Assembly (NCBI GenBank): GCA_964387595.1 | Contig: CAYLYF010000004.1 | Span: 2,139 to 66,138 of the forward strand | Source: an uncultured Thermodesulfobacteriota bacterium | Lineage (GTDB): Bacteria; Desulfobacterota; WTBG01; CAIYCZ01; CAIRTM01 | Length of the DNA: 64,000 nucleotides | Direction: 5' to 3' | Shown: positions 56,189 to 64,000 of the stretch, in pieces | How positions within the stretch are numbered: position 1 is the first letter of the stretch | Layout: every line of letters begins with the position of its first letter | Program-made: the position numbers and the translations under genes | The notes under the pieces: model-generated | What the model saw: the letters and a program-made list of their open reading frames with translations, nothing else | What the model was told of the DNA's origin: nothing | The model's database searches: none

Positions 56189-57040
56189 CTATTTCCGGTT
56201 AAGAATTTCGTATATTTCATCGACCTGTTTGTCGGTAATCTTCGCACCCTTTTTCTGCATCATTTTAATTATCTCTTTGGGAACACCTGAGGTATAGGGG
56301 TCCTTTGCACATGTTTTGACAATAACGTCCATCGGATGGCACTGGGTACACTCACTCTTAAACAACGGCTGCAGCCAGAAAGGCGCTTCAAGAAATTTTG
56401 CAATATTAATGACCTCCTCATCAGACATGTCCGCACCCTTTTTTTTCTGCATCTCCAGTACAATTTCCATGGCCTTTTTCTCATTATCGTGTATTTTCTG
56501 AGCCCGGGTCGCATCATGACATTTGGTGCACTTATCAGAAAATATATCCAAAAGTGTTATATATTTTTCAAATTTTGCCTTCTTATTAAGCAGTTCATGG
56601 ATAACCTTGGCCTGTTCATCCGTTATGTTCGCTCCTTTTTTCTGCATCCGCTTAATGGCTTCCATTGGAACCGGTCCTTTATCACAGACCCGGATAACCC
56701 TGTCCAGGTTGTGGCATTTTGTACATTCCGTCACCAGCATTTCCCATGATGGTTTTTCAAGTACACCGGCTACATTTAAAGCTTCTTCTACTGAAATACC
56801 GGAATCCTTCTTTTGCTGCATCTTCTTCACGATCTCTGTGGGAGATTTTTCCAGTTTGTGGATATTTTGCACACGAGAGGCATCATGGCATTTGGTACAC
56901 TTTTCTTTAACAAAACTTAAAAGTACCATCTCCCTGTCAGCAGCACCACTTGCCATCTCTTTGTCAGCAGCACCACAACCGCTTAAAAAGAAAACGGTAA
57001 ACGAAAAAACAACGGCTATCATAAGCATGCTTTTTTTCAT
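56189..57040 (-). CDS. tetraheme c-type cytochrome lipoprotein built from four ~65-aa repeats
   Basis: Lipobox (FFLSGCG) and four CxxCH motifs (CTKCHD, CTKCHN, CTKCHD, CTQCHP). Each is followed by a conserved ..MQ.KKG..I(T/S)D.. segment. Confidence 0.7.
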   Translation of the reverse strand: MKKSMLMIAVVFSFTVFFLSGCGAADKEMASGAADREMVLLSFVKEKCTKCHDASRVQNIHKLEKSPTEIVKKMQQKKDSGISVEEALNVAGVLEKPSWEMLVTECTKCHNLDRVIRVCDKGPVPMEAIKRMQKKGANITDEQAKVIHELLNKKAKFEKYITLLDIFSDKCTKCHDATRAQKIHDNEKKAMEIVLEMQKKKGADMSDEEVINIAKFLEAPFWLQPLFKSECTQCHPMDVIVKTCAKDPYTSGVPKEIIKMMQKKGAKITDKQVDEIYEILNRK

Positions 57041-57272
57041 TTTTCCCTCCTCTTGTTTTAATTTATTTAACCTATTATATTAAACGTAATCTTAGTTTGA
57101 TGAAGCATATAAGACAAAAAATTGAACGAATAAATTTATATATATTATTTTAGCTATATAACAGAATATCTAACATTATGCCAGCATGAATTTATTAAAA
57201 GAATAAGTTAATTTTAGTATATTATAATTAATTAAACCCGCTGAGACAGAATATTTTTTAATCTTTAAGCTT

Positions 57273-57828
57273 TTATGCTTTCCTGAAGCAGTTTTCTCCC
57301 TCTTTTATTCCACTGCTGAACGGCTTTTGACAGCCCAGCCACATCAAAAACGGCATTCCTGCCCCCCATATAATCATCAGCCAGATTAAACTAACAACCG
57401 TATTATCCATAATCTCAATCGCCCCGATCTTCTCGCCGCCAAAATAACTTAAGGGTCCGGCAACAGCCCCCAAAGACGCCGCCAGCAGATATCGCCGGTT
57501 CAGCCAGGATAAAGAGTAATGCAGCGTCGAAGCAAAAAGCGCCCACAACGCTAGAAACCATAAAGGCACGATCCAGTCCGCGTAAAAACTCCCGTTGAAC
57601 CGGCAAATCCCAAATAATCCGGCCAGAGCTTCAACACACCCGCCCAACAGGGTCACGCTTAAAATAAAAATCCTGCTTCCTCCGTTTAGAAAATGAAAAA
57701 TGCATAAAAAGCATAAAAGCAACAACCCCGATCGCAACCCACTGTCGTTCATATGCCGCGCTGAATGCACAGGTGAACCATCCCACCTGAAAACCGATAA
57801 AATTAATGATTTTTATAATCGTCTGCAA
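57273..57828 (-). pseudogene. DUF2878-family membrane protein gene split by a frameshift
   Basis: The N-terminus (MQTIIKIINFIGFQVGWFTCAF…) is in ORF 57631-57828. The remainder is in ORF 57273-57770, in another frame. The two ORFs overlap across 57631-57770. Confidence 0.45.
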
Positions 57829-57912
57829 TAAAAAGTCTTCACCAAAAAAAAGGTTTCCCGCTTACAAAACAAATCATCCCATTTCTTACTTTGATTTTAT
57901 TGACATCTGGCT

Positions 57913-59193
57913 TCATCTACCCTGACAACGGTTAAACGGTTTACTGAGCAACAGCTGTACATCTCCGATCACCCGTTCTTCAAATGCGCCCTCACAATAG
58001 CAAAAATAAGCTTCCCACATCCGTATAAAGGTTTCACCGAAACCTAACTTTCTGACAGCCTCTATATTTCCAAAAAAATTATTACGCCAGTATTGCAGGG
58101 TTTTGACATAATGCGGACCGATTTCCTGCAGATCAAATACTGTAAAATCCGTAACCCGTTTGACACAATCTGTTATCGCACTAATAGATGGCAGCGCACC
58201 CCCCGGAAAGATATAACGCTGAATAAAATCGACCGAATCTTTGGCCGCTTCATAACGCTGATCTTTTATGGTGATGGATTGAAGCAGCATGAGACCGGTG
58301 GGTTTCAACAAATCACTGCAGATTTTAAAGAACGTATCAAAATAAGCATGCCCAACAGCTTCGATCATTTCAATAGATACCAGTTTGTCAAATTTTGCAT
58401 TCAGCTTATCAGGAAGGGTGCGGTAATCAGAACTAATCAGGGTAATACGCTCTTGAAGTCCTTCGTCAACAATACGCTGCTGCGTCCAGGCATGTTGTTC
58501 TTTAGAAATTGTCGTGGTGGTGACATGACAACCATAGTGTTTAGTTGCATGAATCGCCAGGGCTCCCCAGCCGGTTCCAATTTCGAGAAGCCGGTCCTCC
58601 GGCTGAAGATTAAGTTTTCGGCAGATGACATCCAGCCGGTGTTTTTGAGCATCATAAAGAGAGCTGTCCGGCTTTGGAAAGATCGCACATGAATACATCA
58701 TGGTCTCATCCAGAAAGAGCCGGTAAAAGTCGTTGCCAAGATCATAATGCGCTTCAATATTTTGACGACTCCCCTTTAAGCTGTTGCGGTTGAGCCAGTG
58801 ATAAAATCTTTGAAAGATCTGACTAAATTTAGAGAAACCGCTGTCCACACCTAAAAGCAGAGATTCATTTATAGCAAATATGCGGACAAAACCGGTCAGG
58901 TCATCACACACCAGGTCCCCGCGCATGTACGCTTCCGCCACACCGATACTGCCGCCAAGAACCAGGGCGGTATAAAACCCAGGGTCATAAACAGTTATAG
59001 TTACAGATAAGGGCTGCCCCGTATCCTTTGATCCAAAAGTCAGGGTTCCCTCTTCATCTAGCAGCTGGAGTTTTCCATGTTTCAGCAGAGAAAGCTTTCC
59101 AACTACCAGACCCTTCATCCAGCGCTGAAAAAAGGTTAATTGAACCGGTTTTGTTTTTTTTACCTGTTCGTTCGGTAGAAGTATTGTTTTCAT
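57913..59193 (-). CDS. cfa: cyclopropane-fatty-acyl-phospholipid synthase family SAM-dependent methyltransferase
   Basis: LLEIGTGWGALAIHATKHYGCHVTTTTISKEQ SAM-binding block and a CFA-synthase-like length (426 aa). Confidence 0.8.
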   Translation of the reverse strand: MKTILLPNEQVKKTKPVQLTFFQRWMKGLVVGKLSLLKHGKLQLLDEEGTLTFGSKDTGQPLSVTITVYDPGFYTALVLGGSIGVAEAYMRGDLVCDDLTGFVRIFAINESLLLGVDSGFSKFSQIFQRFYHWLNRNSLKGSRQNIEAHYDLGNDFYRLFLDETMMYSCAIFPKPDSSLYDAQKHRLDVICRKLNLQPEDRLLEIGTGWGALAIHATKHYGCHVTTTTISKEQHAWTQQRIVDEGLQERITLISSDYRTLPDKLNAKFDKLVSIEMIEAVGHAYFDTFFKICSDLLKPTGLMLLQSITIKDQRYEAAKDSVDFIQRYIFPGGALPSISAITDCVKRVTDFTVFDLQEIGPHYVKTLQYWRNNFFGNIEAVRKLGFGETFIRMWEAYFCYCEGAFEERVIGDVQLLLSKPFNRCQGR

Positions 59194-59232
59194 ATCACAA
59201 AATATATTTGTTTCATCTAAAATTAAACAGAA

Positions 59233-60009
59233 TCAATCAATAACTGCCGTCCCGGGAGGCGGCACATACGGCACTTTTTTAAACCATAATTTAAGCGCCT
59301 GATAATAAATCAGGCTTATCACCTGTCCGGTCATCCATGGAAATTTTAATAACAAGTGAGCCAGGTTCCATCCGTTAATGACCTGTCGCTTCAATTCAAG
59401 CTTCACATCCAGAAGTGTCTCACTTGGATCTTTTACTTCAATTTGAACAAACAGACTTTCCGAAGGTACTGTTATCTGCCAGAAATATTCTAAATCCATT
59501 TTCATAAAAGGAGATACATGAAAGCATTTTTTATTATTAAATTTCAGCAAACGGTTTTTATCAGTATTGCAAGCCTCTTTTCCCTCTTCTATGGGAAGCA
59601 CATATACATGTTTTTGACCCCAGGGCGTATTACTCACTTCGCCCACAATCACATCCAGATGTATTCCGGTTTCATCAAAACAGTAATAGATACAAATGGG
59701 GTTAAAGTAGTAACCGAAATAACACAAGTGCGTTAACATCCGGATCGGCCCTTTCGGACGGCGGCCGATCTCATTTTCCACTTTGTCCCGGATCGTTTGG
59801 TCAAGCGTCAGCAATGGATCACCAAAATGGTCTGACCGTCTCAACCGGCACAGAGATGCCTTGTCCACAGACCAGAACAGACGCCCTTTAAAAACGGCAT
59901 CAATTTCAGCCAAATCCAGATAAACCAAAAAAATCTTATAATTAAAATTATTTTGTGCGGGGGTCAGGCGCTTATGCGTGACCTTTCCTTCGTAAATCGA
60001 ACTGTTCAT
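59233..60009 (-). CDS. DUF1365 family protein
   Basis: MNSSIYEGKVTHKRLTPAQNNFNYKIFLVYLDL is a typical DUF1365 N-terminus. The start was chosen at the internal Met to avoid overlap with the upstream gene. Confidence 0.65.
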   Translation of the reverse strand: MNSSIYEGKVTHKRLTPAQNNFNYKIFLVYLDLAEIDAVFKGRLFWSVDKASLCRLRRSDHFGDPLLTLDQTIRDKVENEIGRRPKGPIRMLTHLCYFGYYFNPICIYYCFDETGIHLDVIVGEVSNTPWGQKHVYVLPIEEGKEACNTDKNRLLKFNNKKCFHVSPFMKMDLEYFWQITVPSESLFVQIEVKDPSETLLDVKLELKRQVINGWNLAHLLLKFPWMTGQVISLIYYQALKLWFKKVPYVPPPGTAVID

Positions 60010-60022
60010 ACCGACAAGCCTC

Positions 60023-61276
60023 TCAGGTTCTGTTGATTGATTCATCAAAACGCTTAATCGCTTTCAAGGCGCTGATAACGCCGTCTTCGTGAAAGCCGTA
60101 TCGCCAATAGGCTCCGCAGAAATGGGTGCGGTTGTGTCCGCTGATCTCATGGTGCCGGGACTGGGCATCAATGCCTTTCTGCAAAAAAACCGGGTGGTGA
60201 TAAATAATACGCCTGATGGTCTGGCTTGGATTCAGAACACCGGGATAATTGAGGGACACACAAAAGGTCTGCTGTGCAGATAAAGACTGCAGAATATTCA
60301 TATTGTAGGTCAATACGACCCGGTCAGACAGGCCCGGGGGGATATGGTAATTCCAGGCCGCCCAGCAATTTTTACGGATCGGCAATGCACTCTGATCGGT
60401 ATGTAAAACTGCGGAATTCTCCTGATATGGGATTGCGGAAAGGATCTCGTGCTCATTAGAGCTGGCATCTTTAAGCAGATCCAAAGCCTGATCACTATGG
60501 CAGGCAAAGAACACATGGTCGCAGCTAACCTCCGTACCGTTAGAGAGTTTAATTGCGCAGTGGTCCTGATGACGGGTAACGGCCTGAACCGCAGTGTCCA
60601 AGTGAATATTTTGAGAAAACCCGCTGATCATTTTTTTAACGTATTCTCTGGAACCGCCGGTAATGACCCGCCATTGGGGGCGATCATTGATATTTAGCAA
60701 ACCATGATTATTGAGAAATCTTAGAAATGTATTCGCCGGATAACCGAACATTTTACGAGGATCGGTCGACCAGATAGCCGCTCCCATAGGGATAAGGTAA
60801 TGGTCACGAAACCGATCGCCAAAACCATATTGATTTAAAAACTCACCCAGACTAATCGACAGATCTCCTGATTCAACAAATATTTTTCCAATGCGGTTAA
60901 AACGAAAAATATCATAGAGCATTTTATAGAAAGACGGACTCAAAATATTTTTACGCTGGCCAAAAAGGCCATTCAAAGAATTGCCGCAATATTCCAGGCC
61001 TGTCTTTTCACATTTTACAGAAAAGCCCATACTGCTGGGTTGTGATTCAACTCCCAGCTCATCAAGCAGTGAAATAAAATTAGGGTAGGTCCAGTCATTA
61101 AATACAATAAATCCGGTGTCCACTGCAAAGTTTCGTCCCTCCGCTTCAACATCAACGGTATGGGTATGTCCGCCGATATAACTGTTTGCCTCAAAGACCA
61201 GAATCTCATGATCTTTGTGCAAACGATATGCAGCTGTTAGTCCCGAAATGCCGCTTCCGATAATTGCGATTTTCAT
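60023..61276 (-). CDS. NAD(P)/FAD-dependent oxidoreductase (amine-oxidase-like)
   Basis: MKIAIIGSGISGLTAAYRL…FEANSYIGGHTHT dinucleotide-binding motif. Confidence 0.75.
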   Translation of the reverse strand: MKIAIIGSGISGLTAAYRLHKDHEILVFEANSYIGGHTHTVDVEAEGRNFAVDTGFIVFNDWTYPNFISLLDELGVESQPSSMGFSVKCEKTGLEYCGNSLNGLFGQRKNILSPSFYKMLYDIFRFNRIGKIFVESGDLSISLGEFLNQYGFGDRFRDHYLIPMGAAIWSTDPRKMFGYPANTFLRFLNNHGLLNINDRPQWRVITGGSREYVKKMISGFSQNIHLDTAVQAVTRHQDHCAIKLSNGTEVSCDHVFFACHSDQALDLLKDASSNEHEILSAIPYQENSAVLHTDQSALPIRKNCWAAWNYHIPPGLSDRVVLTYNMNILQSLSAQQTFCVSLNYPGVLNPSQTIRRIIYHHPVFLQKGIDAQSRHHEISGHNRTHFCGAYWRYGFHEDGVISALKAIKRFDESINRT

Positions 61277-61384
61277 ACGCCACCTCTGAAAAGTTGCCGA
61301 TTAAAAATCGTTAACCACAAACCTTTATATTATAAAAAGAGGCCTCACATCACATCCGGACATTAAAGCCGGGCCGGGACTCTC

Positions 61385-62155
61385 TTATTTTGGATTTGTT
61401 ATTTTTGTCACGATACGGGTTTGCCAGCTGCTCGGCAGCGAACCCATTATCTTCATCAGCATGGCAAACACAAACGGAAAATAAATTTCTTCTTTTTGTT
61501 TTTCAAGTCCGTCAGCAATAATCTTTGCAGCACGTTCAGACTCAATAATCATCGGCATGGGAAAATCGTTCTTGTCAGTCAAGGGTGTTTTTACAAAACC
61601 GGGACAGATAATTGAAACCGGGATCTTTTCAGGAACCAGGCTGATCCGCAGGGCCTGAAGCATGTTCCTGACCGCTGCTTTAGACGCGCCGTACGCTTCG
61701 CTGCGCGGCATACCCAGATAACCGGCAAGACTGCTCATACCGACCAAATGGGGATGTTGAGAAAACCGCAATGCAGGAAGAACGGCCTCAATACCATAGA
61801 CCATAGACATGACATTGATTTTCAGGATATTTTCAAAAAGAAGGCTGTCAAAATTCTTAATATCGACATATTGCGCGCTGCCGGCATTGAACAGGGCAAT
61901 ATCAATCCTACCAAACTCCGCAACAATCTTTTCAACCGCAAACAAATTTGCCTGCCGGTCGCACAAATCAGCCGGAACCACTAAATGCCCTTCACCGTCC
62001 AGTTCCTGTATTAAGGTCTGAAGTCTAGACTCATTGCGGGCAGTAACAGCCAAACGGGCGCCACGTCCGGCAAGCTCCATAGCCACAGCACGTCCGATAC
62101 CGGTAGATGCTCCTGTGATCCAGACATTTCGTCCTTTAAAGCCGTTTTTCTTCAT
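61385..62155 (-). CDS. SDR family oxidoreductase
   Basis: ITGASTGIGRAVA, NAG and a YGASKAAV catalytic YxxxK. Confidence 0.8.
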   Translation of the reverse strand: MKKNGFKGRNVWITGASTGIGRAVAMELAGRGARLAVTARNESRLQTLIQELDGEGHLVVPADLCDRQANLFAVEKIVAEFGRIDIALFNAGSAQYVDIKNFDSLLFENILKINVMSMVYGIEAVLPALRFSQHPHLVGMSSLAGYLGMPRSEAYGASKAAVRNMLQALRISLVPEKIPVSIICPGFVKTPLTDKNDFPMPMIIESERAAKIIADGLEKQKEEIYFPFVFAMLMKIMGSLPSSWQTRIVTKITNPK

Positions 62156-62508
62156 CTTAAATTACTTTACTAAATTTTCGTCTTAGAAAAATATTTCAGA
62201 TTTTAAAAACGCCAGAATGTGTTCCAGATTCATCTAAAGAGGAGAAGGGATTTCGATCAAACGACTCAAATGCATCTCGGATTAAGGAAAAAATTCAATA
62301 AAAAATTTTCAGACAGGGTCATTCATTCAGTAATTGATTCCAGGCGACCGCACCGTCTGCCATTTCACATAATTATTTTAGGTATAACATGGATAAAATA
62401 AAAATCAAATTTAAAGCAAAATTACTTTAAATGCATAATAAACAAAACAGGTTTCCGGGGTATCTTAAAGCCCATGACAATATTAATAAAATAAGACTCT
62501 ACGAATGT

Positions 62509-63117
62509 TCAATCCCTGATATCGTCAAGCAGTGTATCCCTCAGTTTTTTATCCACAGGCTCTTTTCCCAGCCAGATAGCAAAATAGGCTCTCGCAAAAT
62601 CCGCACCCCTAATTGTGATTAAAGGTTTGGAATTCAATGTCATCTGGATCCCTTTTCCCGGAATATAGGTAAGTGCATAACGGTCTTTGGGTTTCACATC
62701 CTGATAAGCACTATGAAATTTTTCTAATCGGCTGTTCAGCTTTTTCAATAACAGATCCGTCTCATTTCTCCGCAAGACCTTATTCGCTGCCGAAACCATA
62801 TCCGCAGCAGAAATACTCCGAAAATACGACAGCTCAAGCCGCTTTGGAACTTCTTCTAAAACATCTTTGACCAAAAAGTCCTCCCCCTGGTACAGAGCAA
62901 CAGAATAAACCTTAAAGATCTTTTTATAGCGAAGCAAACCGACCGTTTCAAGCTTTAAACGACTGCCATCCACAATAATGCTTTCATCAAAACTTACTCC
63001 TGAAATTTCTCGTGTACCTTTCTCCGCATAGGCAGAAAAACCGATTACAGCTAAAAATCCGATTAAAACAAAATTAAATTTCAATATTTTTCTTATCGGG
63101 AATATTTTAATCGTCAT
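62509..63117 (-). CDS. chalcone-isomerase-like (CHI-like) family protein
   Basis: A secreted protein of about 200 aa whose pattern (GVSFDESIIVDGSRLKLETVGLLRYKKIFKVYSVALY) is typical of CHI-like proteins found in cfa clusters. Confidence 0.5.
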   Translation of the reverse strand: MTIKIFPIRKILKFNFVLIGFLAVIGFSAYAEKGTREISGVSFDESIIVDGSRLKLETVGLLRYKKIFKVYSVALYQGEDFLVKDVLEEVPKRLELSYFRSISAADMVSAANKVLRRNETDLLLKKLNSRLEKFHSAYQDVKPKDRYALTYIPGKGIQMTLNSKPLITIRGADFARAYFAIWLGKEPVDKKLRDTLLDDIRD

Positions 63118-63250
63118 TTACTCCAGAAAATCCTATGGGTTTCAATTTTCCAGCATAAGAAGCGACGTCTCAAAAAGACGTTGCAAAACAAAAAACATAC
63201 AAGTAAGATGACAAAAATACGGCAATAGAAACCCGTGCAGGCAGCTAAAG

Positions 63251-63709
63251 ATGAAACCCACAGAAGAGACTTATGATTCAGGTTTTAAAAACTACCTGAC
63301 CGCCTTAGAAAATTTAAACGCTGAAAAAGTAGCGGGTCTGGAAAGTGTCATGTGCAGCGATATTCATTTCGTTGACCCGTTTAATGATGTGACCGGGCTG
63401 GAAAAAGTTCAGATGATCTTCAGACACATGTACCAAAAAATCAAAGATGCCCGTTTTATAATCCTCAATTCCGCACTGGACCTTAAGAGCCCTGATCCGG
63501 TAGGCCTGATCCGTTGGCGAATGGTAGGGAACCTAAGCTCAAATGACCTCCCCTGGCCCATCGAGGGAATGAGTGAAGTACGCTTTGCGGATGACGGCCG
63601 GGTGCGGGAACATATCGACCACTGGGATGCCAGCGCACAATTTTTTGAACGCCTGCCTATCATCAGCTGGGTGATCCGGTTTATCAAAACCCGCATTAAG
63701 CCATCTTAA
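63251..63709 (+). CDS. NTF2-like / SnoaL-like small protein
   Basis: A 152-aa product with an NTF2-fold-like pattern. It belongs to the conserved cfa-associated cluster. Confidence 0.45.
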   Translation: MKPTEETYDSGFKNYLTALENLNAEKVAGLESVMCSDIHFVDPFNDVTGLEKVQMIFRHMYQKIKDARFIILNSALDLKSPDPVGLIRWRMVGNLSSNDLPWPIEGMSEVRFADDGRVREHIDHWDASAQFFERLPIISWVIRFIKTRIKPS

Positions 63710-64000
63710 TCTTTTATTTTCTGAAAAGAAAGAAAGACCGTTCCAACCTTTAACCCCCAGCGCCTCACCGTTGCCAGATTAAGAAGTACATCATTGGGCT
63801 GCAGAAACATCCAGTCATCAAAATTAACTTTCCAGGTCCCATCACCCACCTTAAGATTAAAATCATATTTCCAGTTAAAGGCATTCCCGCTTAAATGACC
63901 CGCCGCATCTCCGACAGCATTGTCCGTCTTACCAACATAGCTGCCGTCATATTTCTTTCGAATCACCCATACGCGATTTTCTTTTTCCCCGTCATTATAA
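63706..64000 (-). CDS. DUF3833 family lipoprotein (N-terminus lies beyond the window end)
   Basis: …RVWVIRKKYDGSYVGKTDNAVGDAAGHLSGNAFNWKYDFNLKVGDGTWKVNFDDWMFLQPNDVLLN matches the DUF3833 pattern. The reading frame is open through position 64000. Confidence 0.55.
   Translation of the reverse strand, partial: YNDGEKENRVWVIRKKYDGSYVGKTDNAVGDAAGHLSGNAFNWKYDFNLKVGDGTWKVNFDDWMFLQPNDVLLNLATVRRWGLKVGTVFLSFQKIKD

Noticed and set aside
1-64000. CRISPR arrays, tRNA, rRNA
   Set aside because: No short direct repeats with regular spacing are visible anywhere. No tRNA-like T-arm/acceptor patterns (GTTCGAATCC-type) or rRNA-conserved blocks were found by eye. A tRNAscan run would be needed to be certain.

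Overview
This 64-kb window looks like a chromosomal segment from an anaerobic, Gram-negative, deltaproteobacterium-like organism. The taxonomic call is an inference from content only: a tungsten-type aldehyde:ferredoxin oxidoreductase, Fe-S and flavo-enzymes, c-type cytochromes, and DUF1302/DUF1329 outer-membrane pairs. Genes are densely packed and fall into four blocks. (i) 1..21.3 kb: a partial typA gene, then a TetR-controlled catabolic island with a GlcD/GlcE/GlcF-like FAD/Fe-S oxidase trio, flavoproteins, a family-III CoA-transferase, an amidohydrolase-2 protein and a thiolase, followed by a DUF1302 - DUF1329 - FG-GAP/TSP3 secreted-protein module. (ii) 21.6..38.6 kb: a rearranged paralogous copy of that module (GG-reductase-like flavoenzyme, DUF1302, DUF1329, a beta-propeller protein, an inverted FG-GAP paralog) under an apparently MarR-controlled promoter region, then an SDR, a ferredoxin fused to a bilin-reductase-like (FDBR) domain, a second FDBR-like gene and the AOR. 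(iii) 39..54.8 kb: housekeeping and accessory genes (LtaS-like, GDPD-like, tag, csp, pfk) plus a strongly AT-rich islet. The islet lies between a WYL-regulator gene and a decayed copy of that gene's 3' end, and carries PlsY-like, PEP-synthase-like, TspO, CIA30 (in-frame stop) and DenV-like genes. (iv) 54.8..64 kb on the minus strand: blc, a 4-heme cytochrome c, and the conserved DUF2878 / cfa / DUF1365 / amine-oxidase / SDR / CHI-like / NTF2 / DUF3833 lipid-modification cluster. I found no rRNA, tRNA or CRISPR. The most unusual content is three FDBR-family paralogs, one of them fused to a 2x[4Fe-4S] ferredoxin, in a non-phototrophic context. Also notable are a duplicated ~110-nt SD/anti-SD leader element, two palindromic operator families (TetR-type and MarR-type), several pseudogene remnants, and the WYL-flanked AT-rich islet. 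Every family assignment rests on motif recognition by eye and needs an HMM or BLAST confirmation.
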